The position numbers and the translations under genes were made by a program. From Nemertoderma westbladi (lineage: Eukaryota > Animalia > Xenacoelomorpha): a stretch of DNA of 39,372 bases. The stretch covers positions 1 to 39,372 of the forward strand of contig JAUCBJ010006188.1 in assembly GCA_032718475.1 (NCBI GenBank), read 5' to 3'. Below, one piece after another: positions 22,717 to 34,084 of this stretch. The notes beneath the pieces are model-generated. The model made no database searches, was not told where the DNA came from, and saw only the letters and a list, made by a program, of their open reading frames with translations. Within the stretch, counting starts at the first letter, position 1. Every line of letters begins with the position of its first letter.

Positions 22717-23900
22717 ATAGTACGCCAGGTTTTTTTTATGCTCGACTTATTTTTCTCAAATTCTTTTGAAAAATATTGTTTTTCAGCTGCACGGAGAAGA
22801 GAAGTAAGCAAGTTCCTATATTTTTTATATGTCGTAAGATTATACTCAGATGGGTTTGAAACAGATTTTGTATATAAATAGCCTTTCCGTTTAATAGCAG
22901 TCAGAAGTGAGGCCGTAAACCTTAGGTAAATCTTTTTTGTTATTATTTTGGTCGGGAGATGATGAAAACAAATATTTTGGAAATCCTTATAATTGAAGCG
23001 GTCTGTAGAGGGGAAATTCAGACTCATATAAGTCCACAAATCAGGATTATTTAAGCTGCCAATGAAATTATTTGTATTAAACTAGAGAAATCGTAACTAG
23101 TCTTGGAACTCTCAGGTTTAAAATAAGTGTTATAATCAGATAGCAAAATGAAAGTAGATAAATGGTCAGATGTGCCAATTTCATGAAGGAATACACAATG
23201 TTGACACAAGGAATATTTAATGTTTGTACTGATGTGATCGATTAGAGTACAAGAGAAGGGAGTTATTCTGGTTGGTTTGTCAATCAGCTGGGTGAAACCA
23301 TTGGAGGACAAAGCAGCTAAATAATCCTGGGAATTAATGGTGTTCGCATTATCCCCATATAGATCAATATTAATATCTCCCGTAACTATAACATCATAAT
23401 TTTTATCAACCAAAGTATGCACCGTGGAATCGAGTTTCGAGATAAAATTACTAGTGTCAACTTGTTGTGAACGGTAAATACAACCTACTAATAGCGGTTT
23501 ATTGGAATGTGGACGATTGACCTGGATCCACTTATATTCCGGTCCAATAATCTTAATGTCACTTCTCTCAGTGACATCCAATTCATTACGAACGTAATCG
23601 CAGTGCCACCACGAGGTTTCATTGAATCACAAAAATCACAGAAAAGAGAGGTATAACCAGCAAAGCTAAGTGGGCCCAGCTCAATATTATCGGTCAGAAA
23701 AGTTTCACTGAAAGTAATAATATCAAATCTCGATTCAACAGTTTCAAAAAAGTTACAAAATTCCGAGTAATTGGCAGGGAGGCAGTTTAAGTGAAAAGCA
23801 GACAATGGGTGGTCACAGAATTTGTACAAAGTATCAAATTTGTCGAAATTAAAATACTCATTTGTGGTTAGGTACTGTATGATGTGATATTAACGTCCGG
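22717..23900 (-). mobile_element. L2/CR1-group LINE ORF2, APE endonuclease and linker (5' piece), frameshifted
   Basis: FHLNC, DIITFSETFL, GCIYRS, TGDINIDL, PTRIT...TLIDHI, SDHLSTF, YKKYRNLLT...KKTWRT. Confidence 0.88.
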
Positions 23901-24284
23901 GTTAATACTTTCAATGTAATTGTTTGTCTCGTCTACAGAGATTAATATTAATCATTAATTATTAATATTATCCAGATTATCATAAAATATGTCTAGATAA
24001 TATGTCTATTGTTTTCTGCCTCAATATTTATAAATTTACTAGGTGTTTCTAGATGTTTCCAAGTGTTATTTATTTTACTTTTACACCAGTAGGGCCTATA
24101 CTTCCACCTGTATTGACTGTTGGTCTTCTCACAACGAGATTAATTTCTCGCGGCGAGAATATCAGGCCCGTAGCCAGAATTTTAAAAGGGCGGTTCGTTT
24201 TTACTAAATATAATAAAATTAAATGTTACATGAATCATTTCAGTCAGTAATTGTCCTTCCTGGCCGATGCAAAAGTAGTGCGTG

Positions 24285-24731
24285 TCAGCGTGAGCATACT
24301 GGACATGGGCATGTTAACAAAAATGGAAGGTGTTCTTCTTCAGCTTTCTTTGGCCGCTCTTGGGGCCCTTGATTTTTGGGTCGGTTTTGTAAGGGCAAAG
24401 TCGGAAACAATCTCCCACTGTCGTATTCTCTATCAATCGAAGTCTTAACCTTTTTGCCAATAGGCTGCAGAGGAAATATTTCGGCCTTCTTACATCTACG
24501 ATAAAGTTCCATATATTGCGTTTCCAGTCCATCGACTTCCGCTTGTTTGCTGTCCAAAGTTACTCTGAGTTTATGTACTTCCTTCTTAAGATCATCAAGC
24601 TCAATCTGTTGTTCTGTTAGTTTAGTGAATAACTGCAAGTTTTGTTTTCTTACAGCTTCGTTTTGACTTTTTTGAATCAAAGCCACTGCCTTATTTTTGG
24701 GCAGTTGATGGGCTAATTCTTCTTCTTGTAG
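24285..24731 (-). CDS. Predicted terminal coding exon of unknown gene, paralog B (148 codons)
   Basis: tttttcag acceptor ending at 24732, then LQEEELAHQLPKNKAVALIQ... in frame with the called ORF; C-terminus KKAEEEHLPFLLTCPCPVCSR identical to paralog A. Confidence 0.7.
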   Translation of the reverse strand, partial: LQEEELAHQLPKNKAVALIQKSQNEAVRKQNLQLFTKLTEQQIELDDLKKEVHKLRVTLDSKQAEVDGLETQYMELYRRCKKAEIFPLQPIGKKVKTSIDREYDSGRLFPTLPLQNRPKNQGPQERPKKAEEEHLPFLLTCPCPVCSR

Positions 24732-25397
24732 CTGAAAAATATTATTTTTGACTATAACATTGTTTAATTATTGTTAAACTACTGTAAACTACAAATATTG
24801 TGGAAAGGTACCAAACTAAAGCCTAACGTAAATCTGCTGAAAATATTAATTAAACATTAGCCTATTGGCAATTCGTCGGACGTGAAGGAAATTCTCGATT
24901 ACCGATGTACTTGAACTTTTGACATCAGATTGGAATAAATAAACGAGACAATTTAATAATCTTTCTACTACTATTACTATAATAGCAGTATTACTAATAC
25001 TAAGTAAAGTACTAAGTACTAGTACTAACTAATTACTAAGTATTACTATTACTATTAGTGATTTTTTTTCCCAGATTGGGTTACTATATTTACAAATCTA
25101 AAAACATTACCTTATACAACTTTGCACAAAACAATATCCACCACTAACAACTGAAGACAAGAACATAAATTACCAATAAATGTATACCACTTACTATTAG
25201 TGATACTATAATATGCTGCAATAAAGCTGCACATAGAGATGCTAATGCCAGCTTAACAAAAACATTTTACCACCGCCATGCAATCTACAATTGGAATGCT
25301 CCAATGCAGCGTACATTTAAGATGCTATGCCAGCTTATCAACAAAATTTCACCGCCACAACTCCCTATCCCCCATGAATTTCGCGAGAATATTAGTG

Positions 25398-25775
25398 CTA
25401 ACTGTCAAAATTCCGGTTCTCTTGGAGTTACGAAAAAGACCAACACTAGATGCTATATGCAGCCTGTTCTAATGAGCTGAGGTGCCGTTGGACTCCCTCT
25501 GGTGATTCTGAGAGTACTCCTAAGTCATCAGCAAAGTCTAGATCAGTTAGGTACTTGGCAGGATTTCCTCGACTTCTGGAGCCAGTAGGTGGAGTTATCA
25601 TCACCCCATCATCATTATGATGATCTAAGGACATGCGTAGAACATAGTCAACCAAAATTATAAATAAGAATGGTGCAAGTGGTCTCCCTGGAGGACTCCC
25701 CATAACACTTCACAAATGGTTGTGTGTCACCGTCAACAGTAGACACAGATGTCTTCGAACCATCTTATACTGATA
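25398..25775 (-). pseudogene. RTE-type RT fragment (left arm of palindrome)
   Basis: LAPFLFIILVDYVLR...YLTDLDFADDL; different family from the 5.7/16.4 kb RTE copies. Confidence 0.85.
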
Positions 25776-26520
25776 TGATTGAAAGGTGAAAATAATATCA
25801 TGTATTTTTTAATAAACTGTTCGTTCTTGAACAAAGGACTATTATTCGATAAAAACAATAAGCGGAAAACAACGCTTTTTTTCACTCATTTTCAATTTAG
25901 CGAAATTCAACTATTCTGTCCGAGTGGTTGAGTTTTACAAGAGTTGGCAGGTTTTTAGCACGAGCGAAGCGAGTGTTAAAATGCCAACGAGTGGGAAACT
26001 CAATACACGATGGCAGAATATCTGAATTTCGCTAAAGAAAAGGAGTGGTAAAAAGCGGTGTTTTCCGCTTATTGTTTTTATCGAATAATAGTCCTTTGTT
26101 CAAGAACAGTTTATTAAAAAGTACATGATAATATTTTCACCTTTCAATCATATCAGTATAAGATGGTTCGAAGACATTTGTGTCCACTGTTGACGGTGAC
26201 ACAGAACCATTTGTGAAGTGTTATGGGGAGTCCTCCAGGGAGACCACTTGCACCATTCTTGTTCATTATTGTGGTTGACTATGTTCTACGCATGTCCTTA
26301 AATCAACTTAATGATGATGGGGTGATGATAACTCCACCTACTGGCTCAAGAAGTCGGGTAAATCCTGAAAAGTACCTAACTGATCTAGACTTTGCTGATG
26401 ACTTAGGAGTACTCTCAGAATCATTAGAGGGAGCCCAACGGCTCCTCAGCTCATTAGAACATGCTGCTTCTAGTGTTGGTCTTTTTATTAACTACAGAAA
26501 GACCAAAATTCTGACAGTTA
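25398..26520. repeat. ~1.1-kb imperfect palindrome centred on gagcgaagcgag (~25961-25972)
   Basis: Arms pair from the apex outwards (ttttagcac/gtgttaaaa, gttggca/tgccaac, tttagcgaaattca/tgaatttcgctaaa) and then as long near-identical arms 25398-25880 and 26055-26520. Confidence 0.92.
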
Positions 26521-26797
26521 AATTTGAAAGTCCTCAACAAGTCTCTGATCGGATGAGCATAAGCTCAAATGATGGTATGCTTGAGCATGTGGAGGACTTC
26601 TGTTACCTGGGATCATGGATCCGGAAGTCAGTTGACAAACTTCAAATACGTAAGGGAAAGGCATGGGCAGCCTTAAATGGGCTTTCCAGGATTTGGAAGT
26701 CACCGAGAATTAATCGGAATCTTAAGGTCCGATTATTTAGAGCAGCAGTAGTACCGGTACTCCTCTATGGGAGTCCATGCTGGGCTCTAACTGTTGT
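26150..26797 (+). pseudogene. RTE-type RT fragment (right arm of palindrome, extends further)
   Basis: GVLQGD(frameshift)LAPFLF, DLDFADDL, VEDFCYLGSWI, LKVRLFRAAVVPVLLYGS. Confidence 0.88.
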
Positions 26798-27723
26798 GGA
26801 AAAAGAGTGGAAAATAGTGTTTTCCGTTACTTTTTTATATCGAATATATTGTTTTATTTAAAAAAAATATCACCAGCGTTATCAATGTTTACGACGTATA
26901 ATAGTACTATATTTTAATTGTTAAGATTAATTTAATTAATTTAATTTAGAAGATTGTGTGAGCTAGCTGTACAGTAAGCTACCCGACAACCCTCGCCAGG
27001 AACTTACTCAATTATATGAAAGTATGTATCAATTTGTCAATTTGATTATATTGTGTAGTAAATAGTTCATTAAATAAAAAAAATTATTAAAAACAATTCT
27101 TTTTTTTTAACTCATTTTCCAAAAATTAGTTAAAAAAAATAAAAAATAAGTTTAAAAAAAATAAAAAATAAGTTCAAAAAAGTAAAAAATACTAAAAAAA
27201 TAATAATAAAAAAAAAGACTTTTTTAAACAAATTTTCTGGAAATTAGTTAAAAAAATACTTTTTAAAACTAATTTTCTGGAAATTAGTGAAAAAAAGGTT
27301 AGATTAATTAACTCAATTTTAAAAATATTAGTGAGAAAAAGAGCCTTTTTTAAATTAAAAAAATTATCATTTCAGAAAATAATTTGTTTAGAAAATGAAT
27401 ATAAATATGTTCTAGAAAATTTTAAAAAAAAGTATTCAAAACTTACTTTTATATAAAAAATCTGGTCTATGGTCCTATGGGTATACAAGGTGTGGTACTG
27501 TCACCAGAAGTATGTATTCCCAGTAATGATGGAATGTTACGAAATTAAATACAAAACTTACTGCTATTGAATATAGGGGCCTACCTACATACCAAATAAT
27601 TTTGATTATTCAAAACCAGACCCTTTCTATACTTCATTAAACTATAAAGTAAACATGAAGCAACAATAATTGAAATAAAACAGGTAAAAAATAGATAGCT
27701 AGTAAAAAAATTACGTGGGGAAT

Positions 27724-30700
27724 GTTTACAATAATGTAACGGTGCCTCTTGCTTAACCTTGGTGTGTGGTTTACAATAATGTAACGGCGCCTCTTGCCTA
27801 ACCTTGGTGTGTGGTTTACAATAATGTAACGGTGCCTCTTGCTTAACCTTGGTGTGTGGTTTACAATAATTTAAAGGCGCCTCTTGCCTAACCTTGGTGT
27901 GTGGTTTACAATAATGTAACGGTGCCTCTTGCTTAACCTTGGTGTGTGGTTTACAATAATTTAAAGGCGCCTCTTGCCTAACCTTGGTGTGTGGTTTACA
28001 ATAATGTAACGGCGCCTCTTGCCTAACCTTGGTGTGTGGTTTACAATAATTTAAAGGCGTCTCTTGCCTAACCTTGGTGTGTGGTTTACAATAATGTAAC
28101 GGCGCCTCTTGCCTAACCTTGGTGTGTGGTTTACAATAATGTAACGGCGCCTCTTGCCTAACCTTGGTGTGTGGTTTACAATAATTTAAAGGCGTCTCTT
28201 GCCTAACCTTGGTGTGTGGTTTACAATAATTTAAAGGCGCCTCTTGCCTAACCTTGGTGTGTGGTTTACAATAATGTAACGGCGCCTCTTGCCTAACCTT
28301 GGTGTGTGGTTTACAATAATTTAAAGGCGCCTCTTGCCTAACCTTGGTGTGTGGTTTACAATAATTTAACGGTGCCTCTCGCATAACCTTGATGTGTGGT
28401 TTAAAATAATTTAAAGGCGCCTCTTGCCTAACTTTGGTGTGTGGTTTACAATAATGTAACGGTTCCTCTTGCCTAACCTTGGTGTGTTGTTTACAATAAT
28501 TTATTGGTGCCTCTTGCCTAACCTTAGTGTGTGGTTTACAATAATTTAACGGTGCCTCTTGCCTAACCTTGGTGTGTGGTTTACAACAATTTAAAGGCGC
28601 CTCTTGCCTAACCTTGGTGTGTGGTTTACAATAATGTAACGGCGCCTCTTGCCTAACCTTGGTGTGTGGTTTACAATAATTTAAAGGCGCCTCTTGCCTA
28701 ACCTTGGTGTGTGGTTACAATAATTTAACGGTGCCTCTTGCATAACCTTGATGTGTGGTTTACAATAATTTAAAGGCGCCTCTTGCCTAACTTTGTTGTG
28801 TGGTTTACAATAATGTAACGGTGCCTCTTGCCTAACCTTGGTGTGTGGTTTACAATAATTTAAAGGCGCCTCTTGACTAACCTTGGTGTGTGGTTTACAA
28901 TAATTTAACGGTGCGTCTTGCCTAACCTTGGTGTGTGGTTTACAATAATGTAAAGGCGCCTCTTGCCTAACCTTGGTGTGTGGTTTACAATAATTTAACG
29001 GTGCCTCTTGCCTAACCTTGGTGTGTGGTTTACAATAATTTAAAGGCGCCTCTTGACTTACCTTGATGTGTGGTTTACAATAATTTATCGGTGCCTCTTG
29101 CCTAACCTTGGTGTGTGGTTTACAATAATTTAATGGTGCGTCTTGCCTAACCTTGGTGTGTGGTTTACAATAATTTATCGGTGCCTCTTTCCTAACCTTA
29201 GTGAGTTGTTTACAATAATTTATCGGTGCCTCTTGCCTAACCTTAGTGAGTTGTTTACAATAATTTATCGGTGCCTCTTTCCTAACCTTAGTGAGTTGTT
29301 TACAATAATTTATCGGTGCCTCTTGCCTAACCTTGGTGTGTGGTTTACAATAATTTAACGGTGCGTCTTGCCTAACCTTGGTGTGCGGTTTACAATAATT
29401 TATCGGTGCCTCTTGCCTAACCTTGGTGTGTGGTTTACAATAATTTATCGGTGCCTCTTTCCTAACCTTAGTGTGTTGTTTACAATAATTTATCGGTGCC
29501 TCTTTCCTAACCTTAGTGAGTTGTTTACAATAATTTATCGGTGCCTCTTGCCTAACCTTGGTGTGTGGTTTACAATAATTTATCGGTGCCTCTTTCCTAA
29601 CCTTAGTGTGTTGTTTACAATAATTTATCGGTGCCTCTTTCCTAACCTTAGTGAGTTGTTTACAATAATTTATCGGTGCCTCTTTCCTAACCTTAGTGAG
29701 TTGTTTACAATAATTTATCGGTGCCTCTTGCCTAACCTTGGTGTGTGGTTTACAATAATTTATCGGTGCCTCTTTCCTAACCTTAGTGTGTTGTTTACAA
29801 TAATTTATCGGTGCCTCTTTCCTAACCTTAGTGAGTTGTTTACAATAATTTATCGGTGCCTCTTGCCTAACCTTAGTGAGTTGTTTACAATAATTTATCG
29901 GTGCCTCTTTCCTAACCTTAGTGTGTTGTTTACAATAATTTATCGGTGCCTCTTTCCTAACCTTAGTGAGTTGTTTACAATAATTTATCGGTGCCTCTTG
30001 CCTAACCTTAGTGAGTTGTTTACAATAATTTATCGGTGCCTCTTGCCTAACCTTAGTGAGTTGTTTACAATAATTTATCGGTGCCTCTTTCCTAACCTTA
30101 GTGAGTTGTTTACAATAATTTATCGGTGCCTCTTGCCTAACCTTGGTGTGTGGTTTACAATAATTTAACGGTGCGTCTTGCCTAACCTTGGTGTGTGGTT
30201 TACAATAATGTAACGGTGCCTCTTGCCTAACCTTGGTGTGTGGTTTACAATAATGTAACGGTGCCTCTTGCCTAACCTTGGTGTGTGGTTTACAATAATG
30301 TAACGGTGCCTCTTGCCTAACCTTGGTGTGTGGTTTACAACAATGTAACGGTGCCTCTTGCCTAACCTTGGTGTGTGGTTTACAATAATGTAACGGTGCC
30401 TCTTGTCTAACCTTGGTGTGCGGTTTAAAATAATGTAACGGTGCCTCTTGCCTAACCTTGGTGTGTGGTTTACAATAATGTACCGGTGCCTCTTGCCTAA
30501 CCTTGGTGTGTGGTTTACAATAATGTAACGGTGCCTCTTGCCTAACCTTGGTTTGTGGTTTACAATTATTTATCGGTGCCTCTTGCCTAACCTTGGTCTG
30601 TGGTTTACAATAATGTACCGGTGCCTCTTGCCTAACCTTGGTTTGTGGTTTACAATAATGTGACGGTGCCTCTTGCCTAACCTTGGTTTGTGGTTTACAA

Positions 30701-32270
30701 TTATTTATCGGTGCGTCTTGCCTAACCTTGGTGTGTGGTTTACAATAATGTAACGGTGCCTCTTGCCTAACCTTGGTTTGTGGTTTACAATTATTTATCG
30801 GTGCGTCTTGCCTAACCTTGGTGTGTGGTTTACAATAATGTAACGGTGCCTCTTGCCTAACCTTGGTTTGTGGTTTAGAATAATTTATCGGTGCTTCTTG
30901 CCTAACCTTGGTGTGTGGTTTACAATAATGTAACGGTGCCTCTTGCCTAACCTTGGTTTGTGGTTTACAATTATTTATCGGTGCGTCTTGCCTAACCTTG
31001 GTGTGTGGTTTACAATAATGTAACGATGCCTCTTGCCTAACCTTGGTTTGTGGTTTACAATTATTTATCGATGCGTCTTGCCTAACCTTGGTGTGTGGTT
31101 TACAATAATGTAACGGTGCCTCTTGCCTAACCTTGGTTTGTGGTTTACAATAATTTAGGTTTACAATAATGTAACGGTGCCTCTTGCCTAACCTTGGTTT
31201 GTGGTTTAGAATAATTTATCGGTGCTTCTTGCCTAACCTTGGTGTGTGGTTTACAATAATGTAACGGTGCCTCTTGCCTAACCTTGGTTTGTGGTTTACA
31301 ATTATTTATCGGTGCGTCTTGCCTAACCTTGGTGTGTGGTTTACAATAATGTAACGATGCCTCTTGCCTAACCTTGGTTTGTGGTTTACAATTATTTATC
31401 GATGCGTCTTGCCTAACCTTGGTGTGTGGTTTACAATAATGTAACGGTGCCTCTTGCCTAACCTTGGTTTGTGGTTTACAATAATTTATCGGTGCTTCTC
31501 CTAACCTTGGTGTGTGGTTTACAATAATTTAAAGGCGCCTCTTGCCTAACCTTGGTGTGTGGTTTACAATAATTTAACGGTGCCTCTTGCCTAACCTTGG
31601 TGTGTGGTTTACAATAATGTAACGGTGCCTCTTGCCTAACCTTGGTGTGTGGTTTACAATAATTTATCGGTGCATCTTGCCTAACCTTGGTGTGTGGTTT
31701 ACAATAATTTAACGGTGCGTCTTGCCTAACCTTGGTGTGTGGTTTACAATAATGTACCGGTGCCTCTTGCCTAACCTTGGTGTGTGGTTTACAATAATTT
31801 AAAGGCGCCTCTTGCCTAACCTTGGTGTGTGGTTTACAATAATTTAACGGTGCCTCTTGCCTAACCTTGGTGTGTGGTTTACAATAATGTAACGGTGCCT
31901 CTTGCCTAACCTTGGTTTGTGGTTTACAATAATTTATCGGCGCTTCTTGCTTAACCTTCGTTTGTGGTTTACAATAATTTATCGGTGCATCTTGCCTAAC
32001 CTTGGTTTGTGGTTTACAATAATTTATCGGTGCATCTTGCCTAACCTTGGTGTGTGGTTTACAATAATTTATCGGTGCATCTTGCCTAACCTTGGTTTGT
32101 GGTTTACAATAATTTATCGGTGCATCTTGCCTAACCTTGGTGTGTGGTTTACACTAATTTATCGGTGCGTCTTGCCTAACCTTGGTGTGTGGTTTACAAT
32201 AATTTATCGGTGCGTCTTGCCTAACCTTGGTTTGTGGTTTACAATAATTTATCGGTGCGTCTTGCCTAAC
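27724..32270 (-). repeat. 45-bp satellite array, about 101 units, with blocks of sequence variants
   Basis: Same unit as 11904-12443; 4547 bp; irregularities at ~28714 (-1), ~31157 (+16), ~31499 (-2) and an in-frame TAG at 32154-32156. Confidence 0.97.
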
Positions 32271-32444
32271 CTCGCGAATCAAATCTGAGTCGCTACCGCT
32301 ATCCCCCGATGAAAAAACCGCAGTTTTATAATCTGGATCCATAATCTCGCGCTTCAATTCCTCCATAGTAATCGATTCCACACTATCGTCTGAGGAATCA
32401 TCTTGTGTGTTGTAATCTCGCTTGAGGTTATACCCATGTGCCAT
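32271..32444 (-). CDS. Predicted first coding exon (58 codons) of unknown gene, paralog B
   Basis: MAHGYNLKRDY...SDSDLIRE ending in GAG|GTTAGG, phase 0; homologous to 12444-12644. Confidence 0.65.
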
Positions 32445-32539
32445 TTACAAGAATTATAAGGTACTAATTTTTTAGTAACTGTAGGCCCTCCGCCGTTTTT
32501 AGTGTAGGTTTTGCTACTTTATGAAAATATTCTGAGATG

Positions 32540-32667
32540 ACGAATTAAGCGAGCTTAGCATACGGGTACCGCTGTGGGGCGAGCCACGAATTAAGCGAGC
32601 TTAGCATACGGGTACCCCTGTGGGGCGAGCCACGAATTAAGCGAGCTTAGCATACGTGTACCGCTGT
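32540..32667. repeat. 46-bp tandem repeat, about 2.8 copies, ~100 bp upstream of paralog B ATG
   Basis: acgaattaagcgagcttagcatacgggtaccgctgtggggcgagcc starting at 32540, 32586, 32632; single related copy in A (~12758-12800). Confidence 0.9.
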
Positions 32668-34084
32668 TTAAAACGTTGTCTGTCAGTCGGTTTGTCTGTC
32701 GGCCAATAACTCCTTAAATTAAAACAAACTTGGTTCACATGTAGTCTGTCGAATGTCTGAAATATTATTTCCGTAGGCGGACTCGGTAGTCCTATAGTCC
32801 CTCGCTAGAGGGCCACTAGGCAATGGTTGAAATGGTGGTAACATTGTTCTGTTTTCTTTATACTGGTTAGGGTTCACTTACTGCTTTAATTAGGGCTAGG
32901 GATGCCACACTTCTATGCACTTGTAGTCTGTGAGGTCCACCAGAGCTTCAAGAGCAAAAACAATTGTTAGCCCGCATAAAACCAAAATTTATTTTAATAA
33001 AATTTGTGAACCTTTCGAAACAAATAACTAGCTAGTAACTAAAAATGACGAGGGCCAATGAAGTTCTGTAAAGCAATAATTTTTTTAAACATCTGTTATT
33101 CCCATGTGTAATTAATTATAATCATGAAGATTTTGTTCTTCAAAATCAATCGAAGAAAGGTAGTAAGTATTAAATAGTTACTATAATTCTGGAACCTCGC
33201 AAAACTTTGGTAACTTTGGATGCCGTTAAGTGCTTTGTTGTACGAAGGTAAACCCCGCCCACCGGTATATTAGGCTACTTATATTTATACGTAAATAATG
33301 CCTCCTGTCAACGGAAACCAGGCCAAGTTTTAGCACGGAATTGTTCTCACAAAAGAAACATTTAATCTCAAAGGTTAGGATCTCAGGGATGAGTTAATAA
33401 GAAGGCTTTTAAACGCTTTGGTACGTTATGGGGACAAACCATAATTTCAATTATAGTTTGCTAATGATACAGTAGGGGAACAGGGGTCTTCGTGAAACAA
33501 CTACAACTACACGAAATATGTGGGGCGAGCCACATAGTCTGGAGAGCCTTTGCGTGGGGGTTTAATTAGTAGACAGTGTGTCGACATTAGATTGGAATAG
33601 TATGAACTCCATTAAGTCGTCAATCTTTACTGAAAAGGAACCAAATTTGGTACGCATAGTCAATCAAAGGTGTAGAAATAAATTATACAAACAGACTACT
33701 ATAGTTCTTCTGTCGGACACTAGGGGGCGAATAACCATATCAACTAATTGTAACGCTACGCAAAGGTTCATCCAGATTTCGTGTTGCGCGAAGGCCCTCC
33801 GAACGTTGTACATTGTTACCATGCTATTTATTTATTTGGCTGATAAGTAAGATTAAAGCCAATTTTGTCATAATTAAAACCCCGACCATACGGAAATAAA
33901 AATAGTGTAACAGATTAGTTATATATTATTTAATTAACAACATATGAAGTTATTTTATCAGGATAAACACGTGTAATTAACATTAATAAACCGATTAAAT
34001 TATGTAAATCAATAAAGAAAACCACGAAAAGTAAATAATATGCAAGGAAATAGATAAAATACATTTTAATATCCCTTTCATTTG

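Larger units (their letters stand above)
24200..33193. repeat. Segmental duplication, copy B (paralogous to 8932-13381)
   Basis: Same ordered blocks and orientation as copy A, expanded by the larger 45-bp array and a palindrome. Confidence 0.93.

Noticed and set aside
24162-24200. caggcccgtagccag hAT-like terminus at the edge of duplication copy B as the mobiliser of the gene
   Set aside because: No matching second TIR or 8-bp TSD found at the other end, and absent at the equivalent edge of copy A.
27581-28384. 267-aa ORF as an independent gene
   Set aside because: ATG arises from a point variant in one unit; the tail runs into AT-rich sequence that differs from the end of array A.
27724-32270. 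CRISPR-like array (constant part plus short variable segment)
   Set aside because: Variable positions are a few recurring point variants, not unique spacers; eukaryotic context; no cas genes.
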